Positions 29,261 through 37,991 of a DNA stretch of 64,000 nucleotides are shown piece after piece (positions within the stretch are counted from its first letter, which is position 1; the number at the start of each line of letters is the position of its first letter). The DNA is from a bacterium (GTDB lineage Bacteria; JAHJDO01): contig JBDRTG010000005.1 in NCBI GenBank assembly GCA_043824255.1, positions 1 through 64,000 on the forward strand, given 5' to 3'. The translations under genes were made by a program, and so were the position numbers. A model generated the notes under the pieces. It made no database searches and was not told the origin of the DNA. It saw only the letters and a program-made list of their open reading frames with translations.

Positions 29261-29680
29261 TCAAATCTCATAAAGATTTAACCCTATTTCATCACTAAAT
29301 TTTCTGTCAATTTCACCCTCTATTATATCAATAACAGCTTCAAAGGTTGCACTAACAATTGCAGAATTCAAATGACCTCCAAAAGAATTGTGTTTTGAGT
29401 TACATAAATTAACGTGAATATGCAAATATATTTCTCCATTCATTGTTGAAATATTTCCATAAAGAGACGTAATCTCATGATTTCCAACCAGCTCTTTTGA
29501 ATGATACTTTTTTGTTTCTACACTAAAAAGTCCAATTACAGCTTTATTTGTTGCTCCAATACCGCTAACTGTGCCCAGTTTTATATCATTCTTCCTACAA
29601 AATTGTTTTAACATTTCAACAATTTCTTCACCTTTGTCTAATCTCAATATAAACTTATTCTTAAATCGTTTAGATTTCAT
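29261..29680 (-). CDS. PPC/DUF296 domain protein
   Basis: RLDKGEEI, GIGA, EITSLYGNI, HIH, GGHL. Confidence 0.88.
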   Translation of the reverse strand: MKSKRFKNKFILRLDKGEEIVEMLKQFCRKNDIKLGTVSGIGATNKAVIGLFSVETKKYHSKELVGNHEITSLYGNISTMNGEIYLHIHVNLCNSKHNSFGGHLNSAIVSATFEAVIDIIEGEIDRKFSDEIGLNLYEI

Positions 29681-29715
29681 ATTAAAAACCTTAGTTATTT
29701 ATTACGTCAATCTTC

Positions 29716-29752
29716 AAACAGAAAAGCCTGCTATCACCAGGACAGCAGGCTT
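29716..29752 (-). terminator. Intrinsic terminator after the MC1 gene
   Basis: AAGCCUGCUGUC...GAUAGCAGGCUU stem followed by UUCUGUUU on the minus strand. Confidence 0.75.
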
Positions 29753-29778
29753 CTTACTGCTTTGAAAGAAACAACCTA

Positions 29779-30084
29779 TTATATTTTGTCTAATTTTTCA
29801 ACACGAAGTTTCTTTACCATGGGTTTGTTAATCTTATCCGGCATCCAGGCAGGTGCATTAGCGGGTTTAGCAACCTTCTGTACTGAACCTTTAAATATAT
29901 GCAGTCTCCATTTGCCATCTTTCTTCTGCCCATGTTCTCTGAGCTTGATCAGACCATCGCTATCTTTCAATCCTCTGGAAGCAGCCTTTAGAGCAGCCTG
30001 TCTTGCTCCTTTTCCCTTGAATACGTTATCTTCCTTTTTGCCTATTCTCAATGAATAGAGCTTTGCTTCTGCTTTCTTTGCCAT
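29779..30084 (-). CDS. Non-histone chromosomal protein MC1 family (archaeal type)
   Basis: F.GK.ARQAALKAA.RG, I.LRE.G, H.FKG, P...PAWMP.KI.KP.VKK...EKL align with recalled Methanosarcina MC1; very basic 101 aa. Confidence 0.9.
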   Translation of the reverse strand: MAKKAEAKLYSLRIGKKEDNVFKGKGARQAALKAASRGLKDSDGLIKLREHGQKKDGKWRLHIFKGSVQKVAKPANAPAWMPDKINKPMVKKLRVEKLDKI

Positions 30085-30088
30085 TGTA

Positions 30089-30146
30089 TCACCTCCTTGT
30101 TTTTGCCATTTTCCCTATTATAATCCAAAGTTTCTACAAAATGCAA
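30089..30146 (-). promoter_or_regulatory. Promoter and perfect RBS of the MC1 gene
   Basis: TTGCAT (30141-30146), 18 nt, TATAAT (30117-30122); RBS AAGGAGGTGA. Confidence 0.6.
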
Positions 30147-30179
30147 ATAAAAAATCGCTATGCTCAGATAACCTTAAAG

Positions 30180-30253
30180 TCGGGGCGAGTGGATTCGAAC
30201 CACCGACCTCCACGTCCCGAACGTGGCGCGCTACCAAGCTGCGCTACGCCCCG
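30180..30253 (-). tRNA. tRNA-Pro (CGG), CCA not encoded
   Basis: CGGGGCG...CGCCCCG; anticodon arm CCACG-TT-CGG-GA-CGTGG; GTTCGAA T-loop. Confidence 0.95.
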
Positions 30254-30256
30254 CAT

Positions 30257-30305
30257 AGGCTGCCTTCGGCAGCAATTATCAATTTTAAATTCTTAATTCT
30301 TAATT
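30257..30305. repeat. Dispersed 49-bp repeat (GC hairpin + AT-rich tail), copy 1
   Basis: 43/49 identical to 59873-59921; stem GCTGCC/GGCAGC conserved. Confidence 0.75.
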
Positions 30306-30910
30306 GCAAATTTAAGTATCAAAAATCCTGCTATTAAAAGAATAGTAAACAGAATTGTTAAAAGATTAAAATATTTATTTATGAATTTTTTAACAGATTC
30401 TCCAAAAATCTTTATCAATCCACCTACAATAAAAAATCTTAACCCTCTTCCTAATACTGATGATATAATGAAAACAATAAAACTAATTTTACAAACGCCT
30501 GCAGCAATTGTAAAAATCTTATATGGAATAGGTGTGAAACCTGAGACAAATACCGCCAAAAAGGCATTATCGTTATATAAATCTTTTACATAGTTAAAAG
30601 ATTCAGGGGTAAATCCAGGAATATATTTAAAAAAGAAATTGCTTGTATACTCCCATATCTTCATACCTATAAAATATCCGCATATTCCGCCTAATACAGA
30701 ACCGATTGTTGTTATGAGACTATACAGTAGGGCTTTTGCTGGCTTTGATACACAAAGAGCTATTAATAGAACATCCGGAGGCACAGGAAAACAAGAGGAT
30801 TCTGTAAAAGCTAATGTAAATAACGCTGGAATTGAATACCTTGAATTAGCCCAGCTCAATACCCAGTTATATAATCTTCTAATAATATCTCTGCTCACTA
30901 TTCCATCCAT
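30293..30910 (-). CDS. YqaA/DedA-family membrane protein
   Basis: ESS.FPVPPDVLL, GSVLGG, GFTPIPYKIFTI.AG, GRGLRF. Confidence 0.9.
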   Translation of the reverse strand: MDGIVSRDIIRRLYNWVLSWANSRYSIPALFTLAFTESSCFPVPPDVLLIALCVSKPAKALLYSLITTIGSVLGGICGYFIGMKIWEYTSNFFFKYIPGFTPESFNYVKDLYNDNAFLAVFVSGFTPIPYKIFTIAAGVCKISFIVFIISSVLGRGLRFFIVGGLIKIFGESVKKFINKYFNLLTILFTILLIAGFLILKFAIKN

Positions 30911-31538
30911 ATTTACCTATCAAGGGAACAAACATACATCCGCAGATATTTTGGGTTTTTATTTTTTTATTGATTTTTGAAACAACAACAAGTTCTTGAG
31001 AAAAGGAATTACCTACAGGAATAACTATTCTACCCCCCTCTGATAATTGATCTATAAGAACTTGCGAAACTTTAGGAGCTCCAGCTGTTACCATTATTCC
31101 ATCATAGGGAGCATTCTCATGCCAACCAAGAGTTCCATCTCCTACCTTAAATTTTATGTTTTTATACCCTAAATGTTTAAGTATTCTCTGCGCACCTATA
31201 GATAATGTGCTAATTCTCTCTATTGTATAAACAGAAAAACCTAATTTTGCCAGGATTGCTGCCTGATATCCTGAGCCTGTGCCTAATTCCAAAATTTTTT
31301 CTCCACCACTAAGCTTCAAACATTCGCTCATCAAAGCAACCATATACGGCTGGGATATAGTTTGAGATTCTCCTATAGAAAGCGGCTGATCAGTATATGC
31401 AATTGAGATGATTTCTGAAGGGACAAAGAGATGTCTTGGCACCTTGCTCATAGCATCAAGAACACGCTTATCTTTGATTCCCCTACGCGTTAGCTGAATG
31501 TCCACCATATCAAGCCGTTTGTCCGTATAATCTTTCAT
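30879..31538 (-). CDS. pcm: Protein-L-isoaspartate O-methyltransferase
   Basis: VPRHLFV, QTISQPYMVA, ELGTGSGYQAA, GDG..G, FVPL. Confidence 0.95.
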   Translation of the reverse strand: MKDYTDKRLDMVDIQLTRRGIKDKRVLDAMSKVPRHLFVPSEIISIAYTDQPLSIGESQTISQPYMVALMSECLKLSGGEKILELGTGSGYQAAILAKLGFSVYTIERISTLSIGAQRILKHLGYKNIKFKVGDGTLGWHENAPYDGIMVTAGAPKVSQVLIDQLSEGGRIVIPVGNSFSQELVVVSKINKKIKTQNICGCMFVPLIGKYGWNSEQRYY

Positions 31539-32320
31539 GATATCTTTAATATGTCACTAAGTATATTCTCTATTATTGGGCTTAAGTCTAACTCAGGTTC
31601 TTTTAATGTTCCCTTTATAATGAAGCTCAGGTCAATATTGCCCTTTTTCGCTCTTACATAATTAATAATGTCTCTATAAGTAAGCCCAATAAAAACTTGT
31701 CTGCCTAAATCCTGCTCCTTTTTTATACTTAAAGATAAGTCTTTTGTTAATATATGCTGAGAAAAGTCAAGTTTGCCTTTTTCACATGTGCCAATTAATG
31801 AAATGTCTACTGTCCCCTCTTTAACATAAATAGGAGCACCGGCATAGTACTGCCCAATATGTGTTATATCTATATTAGAACATTTTGTTTCCAAAAAGAA
31901 ATCTCCTTTTGAACTTCTGAGATCAACATTTCCCCTCAAATCTGTCTTAATATGTTTTTTGTAACTGAAATCAATATTTGCAAAAAATTTTGTTGGCTGG
32001 CTAGAAAGATAAAGAATGTTCTTTATTGCTGAAGTCATATTTATTTTGATAAAAATATTCTCGACACTAGCATGAAGCTTACTATCTGTTATACATCTAT
32101 CAAGAAATATGTTTTTAAAAACAACTTCCCCTTTTATTATATCTACATGGGGCTTGTGCATCTTTATGTTACAGTTAAACGTACTCTCACATATACTCCT
32201 AACCTTATAATACATTATGTTAGACACCACTGTATTTAGCATTAGTATGACTACGAACAGTACAACTATAGCCCCAGTGAGAATTAAAACCCATGGTCGG
32301 ATAAACTTGTTTTTTCTCAT
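31535..32320 (-). CDS. AsmA/DUF748-like membrane-anchored protein
   Basis: N-terminal TM helix, beta-rich body, C-terminal G.IDL.F.IKGTL.EP. Confidence 0.55.
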   Translation of the reverse strand: MRKNKFIRPWVLILTGAIVVLFVVILMLNTVVSNIMYYKVRSICESTFNCNIKMHKPHVDIIKGEVVFKNIFLDRCITDSKLHASVENIFIKINMTSAIKNILYLSSQPTKFFANIDFSYKKHIKTDLRGNVDLRSSKGDFFLETKCSNIDITHIGQYYAGAPIYVKEGTVDISLIGTCEKGKLDFSQHILTKDLSLSIKKEQDLGRQVFIGLTYRDIINYVRAKKGNIDLSFIIKGTLKEPELDLSPIIENILSDILKIS

Positions 32321-33015
32321 CTTAAAAATATGCTGGATAGTATAAGCCTTATGAATTTCAGAGTATCTTTTAGCGGCCTTATTTTGCTCCGGGCGTTTGG
32401 TAAATATACTGTTTTTATGGGAATCTCTTTTATTCTAAATCCTTTTCTGCCCGCTTTTATCAATACTTCAGATTCTGTTTCAAAATTACTTGTTAATAGA
32501 TTAATATTTCTCAATACCTCTGTTCTAATAAGCCTATAACCGGACTGAGTATCACTAATCCTGCAAGAAAGGAATAGTGAAGTAAAAAAGGATGTTATTC
32601 TATTTGTATACAATCGTACAAATGGCATATTTCTGGTGTCGCTCATCCTGTTACCTACAACTATATCAGCGCTATTCTTCTTAAATTCCTCTATAAACTT
32701 TGGAAGTTCTGTATAATCGTGCTGTCTGTCTGCATCCATAGTTATTAAAGCGCTAAACCTTTTTCTTTCAATATAGGAAAAACCTGTTCTTAGAGCTGCT
32801 CCTTTACCTTGATTGCTTACATGCTTTATAACTATAGCTCCGCCATCCAGTGCTCTCTGAGAGGTATCATCTGTTGACCCATCATCCACTACCATGACAT
32901 CCTTAACTACTTTTTTAATATCCTTTATCAAATTGCAGATATGTTCTTCCTCATTGAAGCATGGCAATAAAACACAAATATTGCTTCTGGGTTTAATATT
33001 TGATATTTGTTTAAT
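32317..33015 (-). CDS. Glycosyltransferase family 2 (DPM1-like); probable non-canonical ATT start
   Basis: ICVLLPCFNE, VVDDGSTD, GKG.AL, MDAD.QH, DTQSGYR; the conserved first strand lies upstream of the TTG at 32967. Confidence 0.85.
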   Translation of the reverse strand: MKQISNIKPRSNICVLLPCFNEEEHICNLIKDIKKVVKDVMVVDDGSTDDTSQRALDGGAIVIKHVSNQGKGAALRTGFSYIERKRFSALITMDADRQHDYTELPKFIEEFKKNSADIVVGNRMSDTRNMPFVRLYTNRITSFFTSLFLSCRISDTQSGYRLIRTEVLRNINLLTSNFETESEVLIKAGRKGFRIKEIPIKTVYLPNARSKIRPLKDTLKFIRLILSSIFLR

Positions 33016-33879
33016 TTATTCTCCCTCCCACATGTGATGAAAAAGCAACCATTGTTCAGGATAAAGACCTATGTATTTTTCAATAACCCCTGTAATTTGT
33101 AAAGCTGTTTTTCTTATGCTTTCATCTCTATTATATGCATTCTGGGCAAAAAACGGCTTCTCAAAAATTAGTTTATATGTCTCATCCGATTGTCTGATAG
33201 CAAAAACTGGCAGTATAGCCGCTCCTGTCTCAACAGCCATCATTGCCGGTCCTTTTGGAACAATTGCCTCTTTACCGAATAAATCTACCTTTATCCCTTT
33301 TTTAAATATATCTCTATCTCCCAAAACAGCTATAGACTCTCCTTTTCTTAATACACGAAGCGCCTTCCTAAACGCAGACCCTACAGGGATTATACTCATG
33401 TTTTTTCGTTCTCTCTGCCTAATAAAAAATTGGTTAACTTTCAGATTATCATGACTTAACACAATTGCATTTATAGGGTAACCTTTTAAAGAAAGCGCTA
33501 TCCCTCCTATTTCCCAGTTGCCAAGATGTGCACTCAGTGCTATTACTCCTCGCTTATAGCTAAAAGCTTCATCTATGTAATGTCTGTTTTCCATTTTTAC
33601 AATTTTATCAATGTTATTTGCATCTATTTTAGGGAAAAATAAAAAATCCGCTAGATATTTGCCAAAGTTCAAATAGGTCAGCCATATTAACCTGCAAAAT
33701 TCTTCCTTGGTCAACTTCCCTTTCATAACATGAGAAAGGTTGTCTCTAACAGCTCTCCTGCTCTGCCATGAAAAGTAGTAATACAATCTGCTGACTATCC
33801 TTGCCACACAATAGGCCCATCTCTTGGAAAGATAAATGGCAAGAAACTGAGCAACAAGATAACATAAATAACGAATCAT
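33016..33879 (-). CDS. Lipid A/lysophospholipid acyltransferase (LpxL family)
   Basis: SAHLGNWE, LGDRD, FG, GPA, PEQW. Confidence 0.88.
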   Translation of the reverse strand: MIRYLCYLVAQFLAIYLSKRWAYCVARIVSRLYYYFSWQSRRAVRDNLSHVMKGKLTKEEFCRLIWLTYLNFGKYLADFLFFPKIDANNIDKIVKMENRHYIDEAFSYKRGVIALSAHLGNWEIGGIALSLKGYPINAIVLSHDNLKVNQFFIRQRERKNMSIIPVGSAFRKALRVLRKGESIAVLGDRDIFKKGIKVDLFGKEAIVPKGPAMMAVETGAAILPVFAIRQSDETYKLIFEKPFFAQNAYNRDESIRKTALQITGVIEKYIGLYPEQWLLFHHMWEGE

Positions 33880-33938
33880 TTAATTCTACCAGTCCTTATT
33901 TCACATCTGGGTAATAATAGACCAATGAGGTGATAAAA

Positions 33939-35105
33939 TCAATCAGGATCTATTCTCAGCTTAATCCATTTCTGTTTTGATTTACTGCTGGCAACAACGG
34001 TCTCAATAAACGCCATGCCAACCAAACCATCTTTTACAGTAGGAAAGTCGTAACTATCTTTTTTCTTTCCATCTATATGATCGTATATAGCACGAACAAC
34101 CTCTCTATAAATATTGGCAAATGCTTCAATAAAACCCTCAGGATGACCAGCAGGAATACGTGTAAAATTCTTGGCTTCTTTGCACAAGTAATCATTCCCT
34201 CTTCGATATATCTCTCTTGGCCCGGAAGGATTCTTAATAATCAATTCATTAGGATCCTCCTGTCGCCATTCCAAGGAGAGTTTTTTGCCATATACACTTA
34301 TCGCAAGTCCATTTTCTTCACCCGCAGAAACCTGGGAAGCGTACAGAATCCCTTTTGCACCACCCTTGTATCGGATAAGAACACTGCCGTCATCATCCAG
34401 TTTTCTTCCTTTAACAAATGTTGTAATATCTGCACATACCTGATCAATTTCAAGACAGGTGATATAGCGTGCCAGATTCTCGGCATGTGTCCCGATATCT
34501 CCCATACAGCATGAGATCCCTGTCTGTGCAGGATCTGTTCTCCAAAGAGCCTGCTTTTGCCCATGCCTTTCAATTGGCCTAAGCAGCCAGCCCTGAGAAT
34601 ATTCTACCACTACCTTTAATATTAAACCCAATTTTCCTGTCTGCACAAGATGACGTGCCTGTTTTACCATAGGATAACCTGTATAATTATGAGTTAAGGC
34701 AAATACATTGCCTGTTTTTTTAACAATGGAGCTTAGTTTTTTTGCCTCATTCAGGTTTGTGGTCATGGGCTTGTCACATACTACATGGAATCCTGCCTCA
34801 AGAAATGTCTTTGCTATTTCATAATGTGTATTATTAGGTGTAACAATAGTAACAAAGTCTATTCTCTTTTTTTCTGGCAGTTTTTTCTCTTTTTTGACCA
34901 TCTCTTTATAGTTTACATAAACTCTGTCAGGATCTAAATAGAGGTCTTTTCCTGATAGTCTCGATTTTTGTGGGTCTCTTGAAAAAGCTCCTGCTACAAG
35001 CTCTGCCTCGCCGTCAATTGTAGCAGCCATTCGATGCACAGTTCCAATAAAGGCATCTCTGCCCCCTCCTACCATGCCCATTCTCAGTTTTCTGTTGATA
35101 CCCAT
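33939..35105 (-). CDS. Gfo/Idh/MocA oxidoreductase
   Basis: GMVGGG..AFIG.VH, CDKP, NYTGYPMV, DIGTH, PAGHPEG. Confidence 0.9.
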   Translation of the reverse strand: MGINRKLRMGMVGGGRDAFIGTVHRMAATIDGEAELVAGAFSRDPQKSRLSGKDLYLDPDRVYVNYKEMVKKEKKLPEKKRIDFVTIVTPNNTHYEIAKTFLEAGFHVVCDKPMTTNLNEAKKLSSIVKKTGNVFALTHNYTGYPMVKQARHLVQTGKLGLILKVVVEYSQGWLLRPIERHGQKQALWRTDPAQTGISCCMGDIGTHAENLARYITCLEIDQVCADITTFVKGRKLDDDGSVLIRYKGGAKGILYASQVSAGEENGLAISVYGKKLSLEWRQEDPNELIIKNPSGPREIYRRGNDYLCKEAKNFTRIPAGHPEGFIEAFANIYREVVRAIYDHIDGKKKDSYDFPTVKDGLVGMAFIETVVASSKSKQKWIKLRIDPD

Positions 35106-35119
35106 TATTCTCTCCTGAT

Positions 35120-36031
35120 TCAGCTCTGCAATATAAATTGTCTCAAATATTTAAGTCCGAGTTTCAATCCATGTTTAATTTTTTCTTCGCTTCCTGACCA
35201 GACAGGATCCTCATGCTCTATACTTAGAACATGATCATAGCTATATTCCTGTAATGTTGAAATAAAACAACTCCAGTCTATCTCCCCCAATCCTGGCATT
35301 CTGTAACGCCACCAACCGCTATGAGGCATAATAATGCCCGTTTTCTGAATATTTTCCGAAATAATTTCCGTATCTTTTGCATGAACATGAAAAATTTTAT
35401 CCTTATAATCCTTAGCAGCCTTTATATAGTCTATCCCCAACCAATGAAGATGTGACGGATCAAAATTTAAACCAAAATTAGCATCAGGAACTCGATTAAA
35501 TATCTCGTCCCACATAAAAGGAGCAAACCCGATCTGTCCAATAAGTCCTTCGAATTGCCAACCTGGCATAGGGCAATTCTCTACAGCAATTTTAACTCTT
35601 TTTTTGTCAGCAAATTTAACAATTGGCTTAAAGATATCTTCAAATACAGGAAGATTTTCCTTCAACTTTCTATTTTTGTCTCTGCCTATAAAACAGCTAA
35701 CAATTTCTACATTTAATAGACTTGCTGCTTCTATTACTTTATATAGATGTTTAATCTTTTCGTCTCTTAAATTTTTATCAGAATCCAGCATATTCGCACA
35801 ATAAGTCAGGCAACTAATTTCTACATTTCTCTCATTACATAGATTCTTAATTCTACCAGCTTCAGCCTTATCTAGTTTCACAACATCAATAGTACTGCTA
35901 GCAAAATCTTTCTCGTTCTTTCTTGGCCAACACGCAACCTCTAAAGCCTCGAATCCTGCCTCTTGAGCAAACTCAATAACTTTATCAAACGAATACTTAG
36001 GCAAACACGCTGTTAAAAATCCTATATCCAT
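35120..36031 (-). CDS. Sugar-phosphate isomerase/epimerase (IolE/AP-endonuclease-2 TIM barrel)
   Basis: ENCP, GLNFDPSH, HVHAKD, PGLGEIDW, SIEHED. Confidence 0.88.
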   Translation of the reverse strand: MDIGFLTACLPKYSFDKVIEFAQEAGFEALEVACWPRKNEKDFASSTIDVVKLDKAEAGRIKNLCNERNVEISCLTYCANMLDSDKNLRDEKIKHLYKVIEAASLLNVEIVSCFIGRDKNRKLKENLPVFEDIFKPIVKFADKKRVKIAVENCPMPGWQFEGLIGQIGFAPFMWDEIFNRVPDANFGLNFDPSHLHWLGIDYIKAAKDYKDKIFHVHAKDTEIISENIQKTGIIMPHSGWWRYRMPGLGEIDWSCFISTLQEYSYDHVLSIEHEDPVWSGSEEKIKHGLKLGLKYLRQFILQS

Positions 36032-36044
36032 GAATAGACTCCTT

Positions 36045-37097
36045 TTATTTTTTATTTATTATTACTTCTTTTTTTATCATGGAAGACTCATAGATTGCGT
36101 CAAGTATTTTCATTATATCCAGTCCTTGCTCTCCTGTTGCCATAGGTTCTTTGCCATCAATCAGACATTTCACAAAATGTCCCTGCGCATTGCCCCATGG
36201 CAGGCTATAGCTCTTAGGTATGATTTCAACACATTCTCCTGCCTCTTCTTTAAAAATCTTAGCTTCAAATTTATATGTATCTCCAATATTCTTTTGCACA
36301 GCTCCACCCTTATCTCCATAAACTTGAGTAAATCCATCTTCCTGTTTTTCGCTATTTGATGCCCAGCTTGTTTCTACAGCCATTGTAGCGTCATTCTCAA
36401 ATCTGATATAAGCCGACGCTAAATCTTCAACATCATATTTTTTGCCAATTTTCTTAGCAATTTTATGTGCAATTTTCGTATATGTGGCTCCGCAAACTGA
36501 AACAGGTTTCGGATTACCCATAAACCACATTGCCAAATCAATTCTATGCACTCCCAAATCTATCAGAGGTCCGCCTCCTGCCATTTTCTTATCAGTAAAC
36601 CATCCAGCAGTTCTCCATGGAACGCCTCTCCTTCTATGCCAGCCTGTCCTGGCAAAATATATTTCTCCAAGATTCCCTGTGTCAATAAACTTTTTAATAT
36701 ACTGGGACGTTGGGAAAAACCTGGAATTAAAATGCGTCATAAGTGTCAAACCTTCTGATCTTGCGACATCAACCATTTCCTGCGCTTCCTTTGCATTCAT
36801 TGCAAGCGGCTTTTCACACATAACATGTTTACCAGCTCTAAGCGCAGCTATGGAAACCGGCGCATGAAGAAAATTGGGTATTGCTATGCTTACAGCGTCC
36901 AATTCTTTCAGCTTGAACATCTTATTGCAATCTTTAAACGCATAAGGAATATTTAGCTCATTCTTACAGCTTTGCAGCTTTTCATCATTAATATCGCAAA
37001 TTGCTATCAAACTCGCATCTTTGCATTTCAGATAATTATTAACATGTCCTCTCCCCATTCCTAAACCTACAACACCCACATTTATCCTTTTGCTCAT
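36045..37097 (-). CDS. Gfo/Idh/MocA oxidoreductase
   Basis: GVVGLG, PNFLH, CEKP, GGGPLIDLGVH. Confidence 0.9.
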   Translation of the reverse strand: MSKRINVGVVGLGMGRGHVNNYLKCKDASLIAICDINDEKLQSCKNELNIPYAFKDCNKMFKLKELDAVSIAIPNFLHAPVSIAALRAGKHVMCEKPLAMNAKEAQEMVDVARSEGLTLMTHFNSRFFPTSQYIKKFIDTGNLGEIYFARTGWHRRRGVPWRTAGWFTDKKMAGGGPLIDLGVHRIDLAMWFMGNPKPVSVCGATYTKIAHKIAKKIGKKYDVEDLASAYIRFENDATMAVETSWASNSEKQEDGFTQVYGDKGGAVQKNIGDTYKFEAKIFKEEAGECVEIIPKSYSLPWGNAQGHFVKCLIDGKEPMATGEQGLDIMKILDAIYESSMIKKEVIINKK

Positions 37098-37123
37098 TTA
37101 AAAAATTCCTTTCGTATTTTTAA

Positions 37124-37894
37124 TCAGTTCAACCCCATATCTACTAGATTGCGATAACTGATAGCAAGTGATTCAAAAGGGTTGCGATCATAACATGTAT
37201 CCTGCTCAACAAGATACCATTCCACACCACTTTCTGAGGCAGCCTGCAATATGCTGGGCCAATTAAGATTGCCTTCTCCTATTTCTGCAAAACGCTGCTC
37301 TCTATTTTGTGTAATCGCCATATCTTTAAGATGAATCAAAGGCTGACGAGCCCTGCATTTTTTTATCCATTCTACAGGATCCCCGCCACCAGCCTGAATC
37401 CAGTAAACATCAATCTCTGCTTTGAGCTGTTCTGGAGAAGCCTGTTCGTACAGCATCTCTAACCATGTTTTGTTGCCGTATCGAACCAGTTCATGATTAT
37501 GATTATGGTAGGAAAAGTCTATTCCTTCTTGTAAAAGTTTTTCAGAAACAGGCCCAAGTTCTTCAATAAATCTTTTTAAGCCATCAAGATTTTTATATTC
37601 TTGAGTCAAGCCACCTATCGCTGCATGTTTGCACTTCCACATTTTATGCTCTGCGATAACTTCGTCCAATTCATTAAGAAAACGTCCCCATCCAACATGT
37701 GTTGCTGCAACCATAAGACCACTGTCATCGCAAATTTTAGCCACTTCTTTTGGACTTACAGGACCAAACCCGGATATTTGAACACTTGTATAGCCTATTT
37801 CAGCGATCTTTTTTAATGTTTTGGCTATATCAGAAATTGTCTTTGTGAAATCTCTTACTGTGTACAATTGTGCTCCTAAAACACGTTTTGGCAT
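37124..37894 (-). CDS. Sugar-phosphate isomerase/epimerase (TIM barrel)
   Basis: QLYTVRD, YHNH, EIDVYW, HLKD, GEG, VEQD. Confidence 0.88.
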   Translation of the reverse strand: MPKRVLGAQLYTVRDFTKTISDIAKTLKKIAEIGYTSVQISGFGPVSPKEVAKICDDSGLMVAATHVGWGRFLNELDEVIAEHKMWKCKHAAIGGLTQEYKNLDGLKRFIEELGPVSEKLLQEGIDFSYHNHNHELVRYGNKTWLEMLYEQASPEQLKAEIDVYWIQAGGGDPVEWIKKCRARQPLIHLKDMAITQNREQRFAEIGEGNLNWPSILQAASESGVEWYLVEQDTCYDRNPFESLAISYRNLVDMGLN

Positions 37895-37991
37895 TTTATC
37901 CTCCGTTTGTCATTTAATCTTAACACTTGTGTTTTTTTATCACATTACACATTCGCATACAAGTTTAAATATATGCCGGGTAGTTTTGTAA

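Noticed and set aside
29237..30181. Possible att pair TCAGATGAGATTAAATTC / TCAGATAACCTTAAAGTC around PPC + MC1
   Set aside because: Only 14/18 identical and AT-rich; not distinguishable from chance by eye
30051..30296. 81-aa plus-strand ORF
   Set aside because: Antisense to tRNA-Pro and the MC1 start
32200..32226. dif-like ATAA-TACA-TTATGTTAGA
   Set aside because: Spacer is 4 nt rather than 6, the XerC arm is poor, and it lies inside a CDS
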